NCBI RefSeq assembly: GCF_006345805.1
Contig: NC_043006.1
Location: forward strand, 99,944,001 to 100,008,000
DNA from: Octopus sinensis
Lineage: Eukaryota
Direction of reading: 5' to 3'
DNA length: 64,000 nt
Each line of letters opens with the position of its first letter. The first letter of the stretch is position 1. The notes below the pieces were generated by a model. That model had not been told where the DNA came from. It worked only from the letters and a program-made list of their open reading frames with translations, and did not search any database. Positions 50,545 to 63,286 of the stretch are shown in pieces. Both the position numbers and the translations under genes were made by a program.

Positions 50545-51250
50545 ATGTTTGTGTGTCTGTGTTTGTCCCCCAAGCATTGCTTGACAACCGATGCTGGTGT
50601 GTTTATGTCCGCGTCACTTAGCGGTTCGGCAAAAAGAGACTGATAGAATAAGTACTAGACTTACAAAGAATAAGTCCCGGGGTCGATTTGCTCGACTAAA
50701 GGCGGTGCTCCAGCATGGCCGCAGTCAAATGACTGAAACAAGTAAAAGAGTATTCTATCCATATCATGTCCGTTTTCATTCCCAGGCCATCATCGCTAAA
50801 TAAACCTATGTTAGCTTCCTTTATTTTTTTAAGGGCATCTACGATATAAAGGCCTACAAGTTCAGCTATCTCTGCACCGTCATAGTTCCCCATTGCCACG
50901 TCAAATACTTCGTCTCCATTCTTTTTTACTCAGTAGGAATTATCTATATGATTTACTTAATTCAAGTTCCTTCTGAAGCAAGCTTTTTCAGATCGAGGCG
51001 TAGAACTCTCCGATGTCGAATTGTATGAATTTGCATTTGGGTTTATCTTATTTTCGTGAACCATTTAATAGTTGCTCCGAAAGGTGGGGGGCCCGCCACG
51101 TCAAAACGGTAGAGGAGTAGGGGCCAAAACCGGACGTGGTTCCTCCTGATGATGTCTTGAGCTAACTGGATCCTATAAAGGAGCTGTTGTGGTAACAGAC
51201 CACGAAACATGGTTGAAATATTCAGATCAGCAAAGCAGCTAAGTTCAACG
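49320..51250 (-). mobile_element. Penelope-like element (RT core through GIY-YIG), interrupted by a SINE
   Basis: AMGNYDGAEIAELVGLYI..GLFSDDGLG; KEVNFLDINMNL; RKILWFNPPYS; AYMAK..YIGMTG; IWTLK..WKII..RCELCITEKL..LNIRDE; stop near 49326. Confidence 0.9.
50338..50750 (+). mobile_element. Family-A SINE with 8-bp target-site duplication TATTCTAT
   Basis: TATTCTAT at 50330-37 and 50751-58. Confidence 0.92.
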
Positions 51251-51486
51251 ACTATCCGTTATTCATTTCATTTTGAATTCCGCATACAACATAACAAAAC
51301 TATTACACTTGCAGGTATTTTGAGGATAAGTTTCCACTAATATTTTATATTGGTGTGGGAATGAATAAATTCCGTAACAATTGCGTTTCTATCTTTATCC
51401 CAGTTTTCCCCCAGTAGCACTGTGTATTGTTTTTGCAACGACATCATATTGTAATAGAATCTACAACATTTATTACATTTCTGGAC

Positions 51487-51657
51487 AGGAGTAGCTGTGT
51501 GGTAAGGAACTTGCTTACCAACCACATGGTTCCGGGTTCAGTCCCACTGCGTGGAATCTTGGGTAAGTGTCTTCTACTATAGTCTCGGGCCGACCAAAGC
51601 CTTGTGAGTGGATTTGGTAGACGGAAACTGAAAGAAGCCCGTCGTATATATGTATAT

Positions 51658-51717
<60 letters not shown>

Positions 51718-51935
51718 TGTGTGTGTTTGTGTGTCTGTGTTTGTCCCCCTAGCATTGCTTGACAACCGATGCTGGTGTGTTTATGTCCCGTTACTTAGCG
51801 GTTGGGCAAAAGAGACTGATAGAATAAGTACTAGGCTTACAAAAGAATAAGTCCCGGGGTCGAGTTGCTCGATTAAAGGTGGTGCTCCAGCATGGCCGCA
51901 GTCAAATGACTGAAACAAGTAAAAGAATAAAAGAA
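51487..51935 (+). mobile_element. Family-A SINE
   Basis: Aligns by eye to 12801-13213. Confidence 0.92.
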
Positions 51936-52319
51936 CTGCTGATGAGAAATATAATGCCTTCCACAAAAGAGTAATGTCGTTGACATTTCCGTTTACATCT
52001 TGCACGTTCAATAGCCCTGTTTCCTTTCTCCATAATACAGTTATTTTCAGTTATCACCTGCGCCTCGAGTAGAAAACCATAACCTTCGACATGTGACGCG
52101 GTGCACATGTGTCGGCATGTTGATGCATTTGCGAATAATCATAACTTTATATACGCATATATGTGTGTAAAGATGGATTGGTTGAGGATTAGTGATTGGC
52201 TATTTTATATACACGTATATATACATATATGTATTTAGATATATTCGTTTTCTAATATATTAGTTTCCACTCAAACAGAGGATGAACAAGTACAAAGCAT
52301 TTCTTTCAGAATTGTAGAG

Positions 52320-52470
52320 AGGCGCAGGTGTGACTGTGTGGTAAGAAGCATGCTTCCGAACCACATGGTTCCGGGTTCAGTCCAATTGCGGGCAAGTGTC
52401 TTCTAATAGACCCTTGGGTCGACCAAACTTTGTAAGTAGATTAGGTTTATGTAAACTAAAAGAAGCCCGT

Positions 52471-52516
<46 letters not shown>

Positions 52517-52757
52517 CATATCTACATATATATGTATGTGTGTGTGTATCCGTGTTCGTCCCACGACACCTCATGACAACCGACGCTGGTGTATTTATGT
52601 CATTGTAAATTAGCGATTCGGCGAAGGAGAGCGATAGAATAAGGATTACGCTTGAGAAGTATAAAGTCCTGAGGTCGATTTCGTCGACTAAAAAACTTTA
52701 AGTATGTGCTCCAGCATGGCCGCAGTCAAATTACTGAAACAAGTAAAACAATAAAAG
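52320..52757 (+). mobile_element. Older, more diverged family-A SINE
   Basis: GGCGCAGGTGTGACTGTGTGGTAAG..GTGCTCCAGCATGGCCGCAGTCAAA. Confidence 0.85.
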
Positions 52758-53579
52758 ACAAAATGTATAGCTGGATGGATGGACGGATGGATGGATGGAT
52801 ATATAGATATGTATGTAGCTATGTGAGTGTGTTCGTGCGTGTATTTGTTTGTATGTATTTGTAAGTATGTATATACATATGTGTGTGTTTGTCTGAGTGT
52901 ATACACATACATACACATATGCACGTATGTGTGTGTTTGTGTGTTTGTTTTCATGTAGACTTACCTATGTACGTATATATGTCTTTACATATGTATGAGA
53001 CTATGTGTTCATATCTAGAAAGGTTTGTATATTAACATGTAACGAGATTGTTTAAGGAAACATCTGGAATGTTGTACTAATTTTCACAGTTCTATAAATA
53101 AGTTATCAGTGCGAAATTCCAATTAATCAAGTCCATTCTGTGAAATTCTAGGTTCTGCAAAGTTGTGTTCAGGCGGTTAGGTACATATGAATGTGTCAAA
53201 ACAATTAGCGGGTGCTTACGCATATATTTATATAATTATATGCCTGCATGTAAATATATGTTTGTGCATGTATGTCTTGATGTGTGTGCGGTGTTGTTTG
53301 CGTCTGATGTCTCTCATACTGAATGAATTCGATAGAGCATTCCAGCTTTATTATGGTTGACTAAACTACTTACTTATAATTTTGTAACTGTATGATTTGA
53401 ACACAAGAACAAATATTCTTACCCAGTAAATCTAATTTGAAATGAGCGCAAATAGGTAGTACCTTCAGATTACGTATGATTTCTACCTGAAAGCCTTCTG
53501 CACATTTACTATTTAGGCAATTTAATTTACACGTGCACACACAGGCACTGGTACACTCACACATTTATGTATATAGAGA

Positions 53580-53586
53580 GACAGAC

Positions 53587-53640
<54 letters not shown>

Positions 53641-53648
53641 GTAGATAG

Positions 53649-53679
<31 letters not shown>

Positions 53680-53700
53680 GATAGATAGATATAGATACAT
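53580..53700. repeat. (TAGA)n microsatellite
   Basis: Seen directly. Confidence 0.95.
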
Positions 53701-53879
53701 AGATTTGGTGGTTCAAATTTTGGGTGGAAAACATTAATGGCGTCGAGTATTTAAGTGATCATTTAAGTGAGAAACAAATTCTCAACGAGAAATTATCCAC
53801 ACACACACACTCATATATAGGTGTGTGTTGTTTGTGTGTGTTTTTGTGTGTTTGTGTGTGTGTTTGTGTGTGTGTGTGA

Positions 53880-55100
53880 CGCATCCACACTTCTTCGTCT
53901 GGCTGAACTTGACCTCTCCCCTAACTACTTCTCGTTCGCGAGTGATTTTTACTAGCATGATCAGGAGTGGCCATGGGAACGAGAATGGTCCACAACTATG
54001 CAAACCTGTTCGTTGGATACGTTGAGCCCCAAATATTCTTAAGATTGACTGGTTCCACTCCCGAACTTTGCGGTCGTTATATCGGTGCGACCTCGCTCTG
54101 CCGCGAACAACTAACCTCGTTCATCTCTTTTGTCCAATCTTTCCATCCTGCCCTCGAAATCTCCTCCACTATTTCCAATACTTCCATCGCCTTTTTCGAC
54201 ATTTCGGTCAGCATTCATCGCTCCACTCTCACCACCTTCATCCACTACGAACACACCGACTCACAGTCATACCTCAACTTCTCTTCCCACCCTAAACACA
54301 CCAAGCTCTCCATCCCCTACTCTCAACTCCCCTGTCTGCGCAGGCTCTGCAGTGGCAACCATAACTTTGAGACTCAGTCTCAATTCATTGCTCAGCTCTT
54401 CATCCTTCGTGGATATCCCCTCACTACTATCCACACTGCCTTTGCAAGAGCACGTTCCGTGGACCATGCGTCTGCTCTTTCTCCCCGCACCCGCCCCGCC
54501 GACACCTGTCTCCCGTTTCACCTCACCTACCACCTATCCACCCTACCTCTCCAACGCACTATTCTCCGAGCCTTACGGCGATTCCACTCCGTCTCCTCCT
54601 CTTCGCACATCTTCCCTAACCTTATCCTCCGCTCCATCAAACGAGCCCACAACCTACGTGACTTCCTGGCCCACAGTTTCTTCTTTAACCCCACCTCACA
54701 TCCCGGCTCGTTTCTCTGCTCCCGCGTACACTGCCGCGCTTGGCTCTACCTCTCCAACACCAACATCCTCACAGCCATCATCGACCTTATCATATCACTC
54801 ACCCCTTCACCTGCACTTCTAGTAACGTCATTTACTACACCTTCTGCTCTCTCCCTGTCCTTCTCTGTACATCGGTCACACGGGACGCCGCTCAGCTGAC
54901 CGGTTCGCAGAACACCTCCGAGACATCAGATTCAGTCACGACGCCCCGGTTTCACGCCATTACGCTCTACCAGTTATTCTTTACAAATCCTGTCTTTGTT
55001 CGGATTGTCCTTGCACAGGGGCCATCCGAACTCCCGTCTGCGCCATGAAGAGGAACTAATCTTCTCTCTTCGCTCATTTGCACCACATCTAACTCCTCTC
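53880..55100 (+). mobile_element. 5'-truncated Penelope-like element (RT core to GIY-YIG)
   Basis: LLRLAEL..NYFSF..AMGTRMVHNYANLFVGYVE; AFFDISVSI; IPYSQL..LRRLCS; FTCTSSNVIY..SLYIGHTGRRSADRFAEHLRDIR; EEELIFSL. Followed by C/A-rich low complexity to ~55700. Confidence 0.9.
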
Positions 55101-55919
55101 ATATTCTCTCTCTTCCTCTCACATCTACATCATCTCTCACTCCTACCCACCTACTCCCTTCCACCCGCTCCCTTCATCGTCACGCCTTCATCACTACGCC
55201 AACCCTACGCGTCCCAACCCACCATCTCTATACATCGCATCCCACCCGACCCCATTCCCACATATCCCAGTCCCACACTCACACCTCACTCCCACATACC
55301 CCATCCCTACTCGCGTACCCTCACTCCTACCCTCATACTCATCTCCAACCCACACCCCTCCTATGCATCCCCCACTCCAACACCACCATACCACATCATG
55401 CCACACAGCACCACAACACAACATACTACACCACCATACCCACCCCACACTACACCATCACACAACAATACAACACACAACAGACCATACATCACCAAAC
55501 CACACCACCACACCACATCGCATGACCCTGCACACACTAGCATTTACCACTTACCAGCACCCACACCATATCACACACCACCACCTCACACCACATCGCA
55601 CCACCCCGCACACACTAGCACTAATCAATTCCCAGCAGTTTCACCATCATCCATACGTTTACACATACACACCCATGCGTCAAATTCACCAGCCCCTATC
55701 GACACGCGCACACACGCTGATACTTCTTCAGAGATGTCTAGTCTGAGAAGCCTAAACGCAATTACGTTGCGCAGGTCACAAGTAGGATGTTCCATAACGT
55801 TAATATTAAGTTAGTACTAAGAAGTCAATAATAGTAATTGTATCGCAAATAAGAAACCTAAAAAGAAGGCGCAAATCTACTATTGACTTCATTACAAAAA
55901 AATACAATGAATGCTTTGG

Positions 55920-56300
55920 AAACCTCACACTTGTGTATATTTCCTATTTAGTATTGAGGAGGTTTCATTTAAAAGGACGTACTTCCGTATTTGTGTGAGT
56001 GTTGGGTCTTTTTGGTGCTTGGATAAGATGCGGATGTCAAGTTTACCCAAGTTACCTCCATGGTGGTCTTTGACATGTTGGTAGAGTATAGTGGACTGTT
56101 TTCTGTCGTCATATTGTCTAAGGTGTTCATTTATCCGTTCCGCAATGCTCCTAGACGTTTCCCCTATGTACGTCATGTTCATGTCCTTACAAGCACCTTC
56201 TATGCATCTTATGCTGTAAACTACATTTCGAGTTCTACAGTTTATAGCAGGACTAATTCTACATACCATACAGTTATCATTGCTGAATACGGTATTCTAA
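55920..56300 (-). mobile_element. GIY-YIG endonuclease of another Penelope-like element
   Basis: INCRTRNVVYSIRC..YIGETSRSIAERINEH..LN.K. Confidence 0.9.
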
Positions 56301-56343
56301 AACGGGTACATGTAGGACGTACCCATTTAAGAATACTATATGC

Positions 56344-56383
<40 letters not shown>

Positions 56384-56391
<8 letters not shown>

Positions 56392-56946
56392 ATATTTCGG
56401 AATGGCCATTTTGCCAGTTTAGCCGATAAAAACACACGCACTATATATTTGGTGTTATTTTGCTTCAGTGTTATTTATTTTTTACATTAATCTTAATCTT
56501 ATTTCTGCCAGAGTTCTTTCGTCACACTCCTGTGACCGCATCAGTGGTCCTTTGTTTTCTTCTTTCTTATTTGTGTCTCTCCTTACTAACCGTCAGCCAT
56601 TTTGTTTTTCTATTGTATGTCTTCATTTGCGCATGCTTATATATCTATGTGCGTTATATTTATTTAGTGTGTGTATGTGGGGGGATGCCTGTAATATTTG
56701 TGTCTTCTGATTATATATGTTCATGTAATTTGTATTTTGTTTTTTGTTTTTGTTGTTTTTGTTAATTCTTACCTTGTTCTTGTGTTTCCATCCACTTATT
56801 ATTAACATTACATATGGTTGTATGTATGTATGTATGTATAACAACAATACTAGTAATAATAATAATAAATCGAATCGAAAAAAAATATATATGTAGTTAT
56901 TTATTGGCTAAACTGGCAATATGACCATTCCGAAATATAACAATAT
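56384..56946. mobile_element. 563-bp non-coding element with 47-bp inverted termini and an internal hammerhead-like motif
   Basis: 56384-56430 vs reverse complement of 56900-56946: 3 mismatches in 47. Confidence 0.75.
56508..56547 (-). ncRNA. Degenerate minimal hammerhead motif (CUGAUGC-G core)
   Basis: CCA-CUGAUGCG-GUCACA-GGAG-UGUGAC-GAAA-GAAC-UC-UGG: perfect 6-bp helix II, 3-bp helix I, A9 changed to C. Confidence 0.55.
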
Positions 56947-57001
56947 CTGTTTCAACACACGTCTTTACATAAAAAATCTTGCACAACAAATATTTAACGT
57001 A

Positions 57002-57084
<83 letters not shown>

Positions 57085-60000
57085 GTGTGTGTGTGTGTGT
57101 GTGTGTGCGTGTGCGCGCACACACACACTTTAAATGCAGCTGAAGTTGTATAAGGTCAAAACACCCATCTTTGTATTATACGAAAAATTTACAGAAGTAT
57201 TCGTCCAGTGGCAGCATGTACTTTGGACGTGCTGTGTTTACGAACAGATTGCATCTCGGAAACAAGTGGACATAGTCGTCAGTAGAATGTATACATATAT
57301 CACATTAGATCTTAAAACAAGAGTTGTTTCCACCGATATAGGAAGTCAGTCAATGATTATAGGAATATCGCAAAAAATTTGACTTTCGGCGATGATTTCC
57401 ATGTGCTTCTCTTTCATATAACCTATATTTATTCCCCTGCACAGCACTTTACAATCGATACTGTTTTCTCGCCGTTTTTCTGTCAGTGGTGTCTGATGAA
57501 TTATCAGAATTATCACTGTTGCAGATAGAGAACCAAACATGCATTGTGAGTGTTCAAGCTCATGACTGTGACATTTCAATAAAGCATAAGCTACCTATGA
57601 GGCTGCTTTACAAAGTTGACTCAATACTGGGTCTGATGATACGTCTGGTTATTTTATGAGAAATGTTGTTTTAGGGATTCTAGTCCACTCTTGCAACAAT
57701 GTTACACATTACGACACCCAACTGCAAATTACGAGACGAATCCAACAAACCATTATTTATATTAACTGCAATAATTAATCTGAAATCCATCAGATGTTTT
57801 ACTGTGGACTTTCATATTGAACAACTGCAGACACATAAAATAGCACATTACGATATTTCTCTTAAGGAAATACATAGTTTGAAGACAATAATTACATTGA
57901 TTCTCGACGATTCTCTTCGCCTATCAATAAATAGCAACAGTGCATTTAATATATACTATAAAACCACGCGCGTATTCCTGGAATATCGACTTAACAAAGA
58001 GAAAAGAGTCATTCTGACATCATATGTAACCTAGTACGTAGAATATAATCTAAAAGTGGAATATCTTTGCTCCGGCACACCACATTCCAAAGAAACAATA
58101 AATATATATATAAATGGAAAATAGTAAAATGAAAGCATTAATATCAAGTAAAAGACAATGCTTTTTTTCATATTTCTCTCTTCTTTATTCTCCGTTCCTT
58201 CATTTATATCAAAATATGAAAAGTTTTCCTTTCGTTTGATTTTTATCCTAGTTTTTTCCACCACTGACTACAGAAATAAAATAATTCCTTTTACTTTCTC
58301 AATACGTTTAGTTCAAGATTTTCTTTCATGTTATACTTTGATATAGTTTATAGCATTAATCCATTGTAGATTTTATTTTGCTTTTTACATTTTCTTCTTC
58401 AAAGATGTTTCAATTTATTTTATTAGATTCAACCTTCAAGAATAGTTAAGCAGTGAAGAAAAAATAGAAGTTTTTCAAATACGATATTCAATATCCTTCT
58501 TGGAAATGCAACACAGAGACACGGACTTTCCCCTATAACTGTATATATATATATATACGTGTGTGTATGTCTCTGTGCATGTGTGTGTAATTATGTATGA
58601 ATGTATATATGTATGTATGCATGTATGTATGTATGTATGTATGTATGTATGTATGTGTGCATGTATGTATCTATATGTATATATATATGCACACAATGAA
58701 GAAATAATTTAATATTCTTTTTAAAATGTCTATTTTTTCACTTCGATATTTGTTTTCAATTACTCAATATATATATATATTTCTTTTTTTCATAACTATC
58801 ATTGATTTATGAGAAAAAGACAAGATAGAAGATTAATTTTCTTTTTGTTAGGCACAAGGTGATATTTGATTGACATGAAACCCTTTATATCCTTTGAAAT
58901 TATTTTCTTTGTCTCAAACAGAGGGAAATTAATGTGAGCGTTGGCGAGGATCGAATTATAGTACTAAAAATTCTGTTAAGTGTACAGAAGATCTTTCCTC
59001 AGAAAGGCTGCAGATGAGTGAGGTGCCTTCTGCTATTAAATATGTTCATATACCCTGTCTAAGTTATGTTTCTGACCAATCTTTACTCATCGAATTAACA
59101 AGCGCCAGCTAGATATAATATCACACATTCCTCGGACCACAGCTTGCCCTCTTAGAAAAGTGCGTTTTTGGAAACCGGTTCGCATCAGTTTTTAAGAGAA
59201 ACAAAATACTTTGATAGGGTGAAGAACTTATGATTATACATTGAAGACAGAATCACAGGGACACTACAATGGACATGCATCGTTTGAGACAGGTGCTCTC
59301 CAAGAAAGAAATTAACGTGTTGAGTCAGGCATTGCTGTTTCTTTGCTAGACATTTCGGAGGTAAGGAGACTTCGTGCAAGAAGGATTATGTACTATATGA
59401 CACACTTGTATTAATTGGTAGTATTCTAGGTAAATAGGAGAGTTAGAAAAACAGTTCTGCCAACGTTGCAGGCCATATGAGGCTGACGTCTTTTCGGCGA
59501 ACCTCAGTGACTAGAGGGCAATTAGAGATGTCTCAGAGATGGGCATCAAATATTTAAACGCTGATAAGAAAGCGAGTCCACTTTACCAGCTTGAAATACT
59601 CATTTGTTGCCAAAGTTCGTAGCTAAATGGTCGTTACAGGTTCATTCCCCACTCGAGAAACTGCGGATCCATTTAGTTATACTGACTTGAGCAGCACGAT
59701 GTGCAATCAAAAATATATTTTAAGAACACAGAAACACGTGGAGGAGAATGAAATGAGGAACAATCAGGCAAAACTCAGCTGGTTAAGGTTAAATTTTCCG
59801 CTTTTAGTCGGATTCGAAAACCTTTGAGAGAATCCTTTTTCCTAGAAGTTAATATCACTTGAGTGAGAAAAGAGTTAATTCTACGTTTGGTGTCAAGTAT
59901 GTTTTCATTGTAGTCCATATTCCTCAGATATAAGTAGGATCAATTTATCTCGAGTACGTAAAGCGTGAGGTTGAAATAGAACTGCGATTACCATTAAACA

Positions 60001-61844
60001 AATCGACTATCCCGCCAAGTGTTTTGTTACCGAAATGTTGAAAACCAGAGAAAATAGCAGCATCCAAAATATAGTTTCAAATGGGTGTCTTGCATACAGA
60101 AAGGTAGGGCGACGCACGCTATGATGTTGCCAATAATGAAGAATATGATAGACGTTAAGATACCAATGGAAATTTTGAAGGGATTCGTTTCTGGAGGTCC
60201 CTCATGATACAATCAGTTTAACGATGTTATAAAAAAGACGAGGGAAATCGGGCGGAGTTTTGCATACGCAGTGAAGTAAAAGCAGCTGGCATTGAATGCT
60301 CACACTGAAACACAGCTCGTAGTTGATCTCTCAGTCATTCTCAACGTAGTCATATTGGAAGTTCACTAAAGGTTTTGTCGATTCGAAGGATCCTACTTGT
60401 TAAAACAGTAATATGACCACCTGGTACCACCTGGTAGCGATTCACGTTATATTTGCTGCAATTTCGAGGGAGTTTTAGAGCAGAAATTGCTTTCTTTGAT
60501 ACAGTTTACAGGAATAAACATTCCCGCGGAATGGATTTGGTTTTTCAGAATGGATTTGGTTCTTCAGCAGTATGAGTTTGTAAATTTCTTCATGTCACAT
60601 TTGGTTATTCCTCAAACTGGAGAATCTCAGGGGAAGTCGTTTTGAAACCATTGGAAAGACAAAGAAAGCTATGATAAGGGCCGGCAATATCTTCACTTTG
60701 AAGGATTTCGAATGAGATGTCACCAAGTGGCTTGGACGCTACAACAATTGCACTGAAATCACTGGATCCTAGTTTAAAAATTAGCGGTATGTCCTCTCAG
60801 AAATCTCTTGAATACACCTCGTATATTGCGTATGAGTGTGTGTATGTATGTATGTGTGTGTGCGTGCGTGAAAGTGTGTGCGAGCGTGTATGTTTGCTTG
60901 TTTGTGTGAGTGTGTGTGTGTATACATAAAAACATTCAGAGAGAAACAGAGTTAGAGTGGGAAAGGTTGAGATAGAAATATAGATATACATATGGATAAA
61001 GCTACATACACATACATATATGTATATACATGTATGTGTCTCTGTCTATCTGTGTGTATATGAGTATAGACGTGTGCTTGCGTGAGTATATGTGTGCGTG
61101 TGTTTGCGTGTGTGTGTATGCGTGTGTGAGAGCGTGTGTGTGTATACGTTTGCGTGCACGTGTGTCTCTGCATATCCATGTCCCTATTTGTGGCACGGTG
61201 GTGACACAGAGGAGAAAGGGAGAGTGATGTACGAGGGTTTCAATTACAAATAAAAAACAGAGCTATATGAAGTCGTATTAATGCTTTTCTATACTCCAGG
61301 AATGTTTTCCCTCTGAACTTAATTTACTTATTCTCTTCTCGGATATAAGCTAACTATTGCAAGATAACCGAGCAGAAGCTAATAAATAGCCGTTACTCTC
61401 GATGTGAATATAAGCTTCTGAGATTTCTTTGGCTTACATACGTTTTTAGTGATAGCGTAATTGCTTATGTTGGCTTCGTTTTAGGTTTTTCTGGTTATTT
61501 ATTATTTCTTTGTCCAATTATAAATGATAGAGTATTCCCTGCTGATTCAGGATTTATTTATCTGTTAGTTAAATTGTAATAGAATTCCTGAGGTTTATAT
61601 ATACATACATACGCTCACATACACAAACACGCATATATATTTAAATTTACGTATTAACATATACGTGTGTACGTAAGATAGATAGAGAGAGAGAGAGAGA
61701 GAAAGAAAGAGAGAGAATATGTTCGTATGTATATACATATATAAAACATATATATATATATATAGGACTATCTATACATATAGATGTATGTGTATATAAT
61801 GTATATATATATATGTATATATATTTATGTATATATATATATAT

Positions 61845-62092
61845 TTCCTTATTGCCCACAAGGAGCTAAACACAGAGGGGGACAAACAAGGACAGACATA
61901 GGTATTAAGTCGATTGCATCGGCCCCAGTGCGAAACTGGTACTTTATTTATCGACCCCGAAAGGATGAAAGCAAAGTCGACCTCGGCGGAATTTGAACTC
62001 AGAAGGTAACGACACACGAAATACTGCTAAGCATTTCGCCCGGCTCGCTAACGTTTCTGCCAGCTCGCCGCTTAGTGCCAGCTCGCCGCCTA
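61845..62092 (-). mobile_element. Family-B SINE with a duplicated 5' segment (TGCCAGCTCGCCGC twice)
   Basis: ATCGACCCCGAAAGGATGAAAGCAAAGTCGACCTCGGCGGAATTTGAACTCAG. Confidence 0.85.
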
Positions 62093-62094
62093 TT

Positions 62095-62127
62095 ATATAT
62101 ATATATATTATATATATATATATATAT

Positions 62128-62160
<33 letters not shown>

Positions 62161-62196
62161 TGTGTGTGTGGTGTGTGTGTGTGTGTGTGTGGTGTG

Positions 62197-62250
<54 letters not shown>

Positions 62251-62280
62251 GTGTGTGTTTGTGTGCGTGTGTGTGTGTAA
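62095..62280. repeat. (TA)n(TG)n microsatellite
   Basis: Seen directly. Confidence 0.95.
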
Positions 62281-62685
62281 GGGCTGGAGGTAGGTGGAGG
62301 TAGCTGGAAGTAGCTAGCTCCAAATTCATAAAATCTTTAGATCGGCACAACCCAGAAGTGAAAGTGTGCTGATGGTGTCAGACACGTAGTGCACCATATA
62401 GACCTCACTAGGATTTCTCCCCTTTGAGATATTTGGACCATTGCCGGTTACTAATATCACACCTCGTGTTCCGCAAACGGAAACTCTGATTCAATATTAT
62501 TTGTGCTATTTTTCAGTTAATGTATAGAGTACTCACCGTTGAAACCAACGAAGAATCGATTGAAATATTTTTCGTAATTTATTTGTGGGCAATTTGGTTA
62601 TTCGTGCTTCTGTATGATGATGTACACATACACACACTCACACTCACTCATTCATACAAACACACATATGATTAAGTGTGAATAT

Positions 62686-62746
<61 letters not shown>

Positions 62747-63118
62747 TATATACAAGAAAAAAGCAACAAGAATGGATTAGTTGTTCAGTACAATTGTTTC
62801 ATACGAAGAACAGCTGTATTATAAGCTGCAAATATTGCAGCAAATACAAGTGTCCCGTATTTTATAAAACTGTGCATCATTAGAGAACTTTGGAAGTCTG
62901 CTTACAATCTAAATTTGCTTTTTATAGAACTCTCTTCGATACTTCATGAGTGTAGCCTCATCTCCCAGGATGTTTGGAAAACTCATATGTGTTTTGGCTG
63001 ATGAATACGGGACACTTGTATTTGCTGCAATATTTGCAGCTTTTAATAAAGCTGTTCTTCGTATGAAACAATTGTACTGAACAACTAATCCATTCTTGTT
63101 GCTTTTTTCTTGTTTATA
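62747..63118. mobile_element. MITE-like fold-back: ~115-bp inverted arms with a ~142-bp spacer
   Basis: ACAAGAAAAAAGCAACAAGAATGG..GTGTCCCGTATT vs AATACGGGACAC..CCATTCTTGTTGCTTTTTTCTTGT; TA-rich flanks. Confidence 0.8.
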
Positions 63119-63250
63119 ATTACCCCATATTATTTTATGGTTAATACCATATAGATTTCTGGTGCATCTAAGTTAAGTACCGCATTCATGTGAATTCATT
63201 GGAACTCACTTGAATCTTAATTGCTTTTACTGAAAGTATATATATAATAT

Positions 63251-63286
<36 letters not shown>

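Noticed and set aside
55743-55772. CTGAGAAGCCTAAACGCAATTACGTT downstream of the plus-strand PLE
   Set aside because: May be a decayed hammerhead, but GAAA and helix II are missing, so I cannot support it.
54130-55814. Long P/S/T/H-rich ORFs (54130-54822, 54996-55814)
   Set aside because: Off-frame readings of the C-rich PLE and its low-complexity 3' region.
58900-59020. Polypyrimidine tract + CAG followed by 31 open codons
   Set aside because: No homology or partner exon; such sites are common by chance.
57150-60800. Weak LINE-like motifs (CDIC..DDYVHLFPRC at ~57250 minus; EN-like words at ~60300-60700)
   Set aside because: Too degenerate to assign a family.
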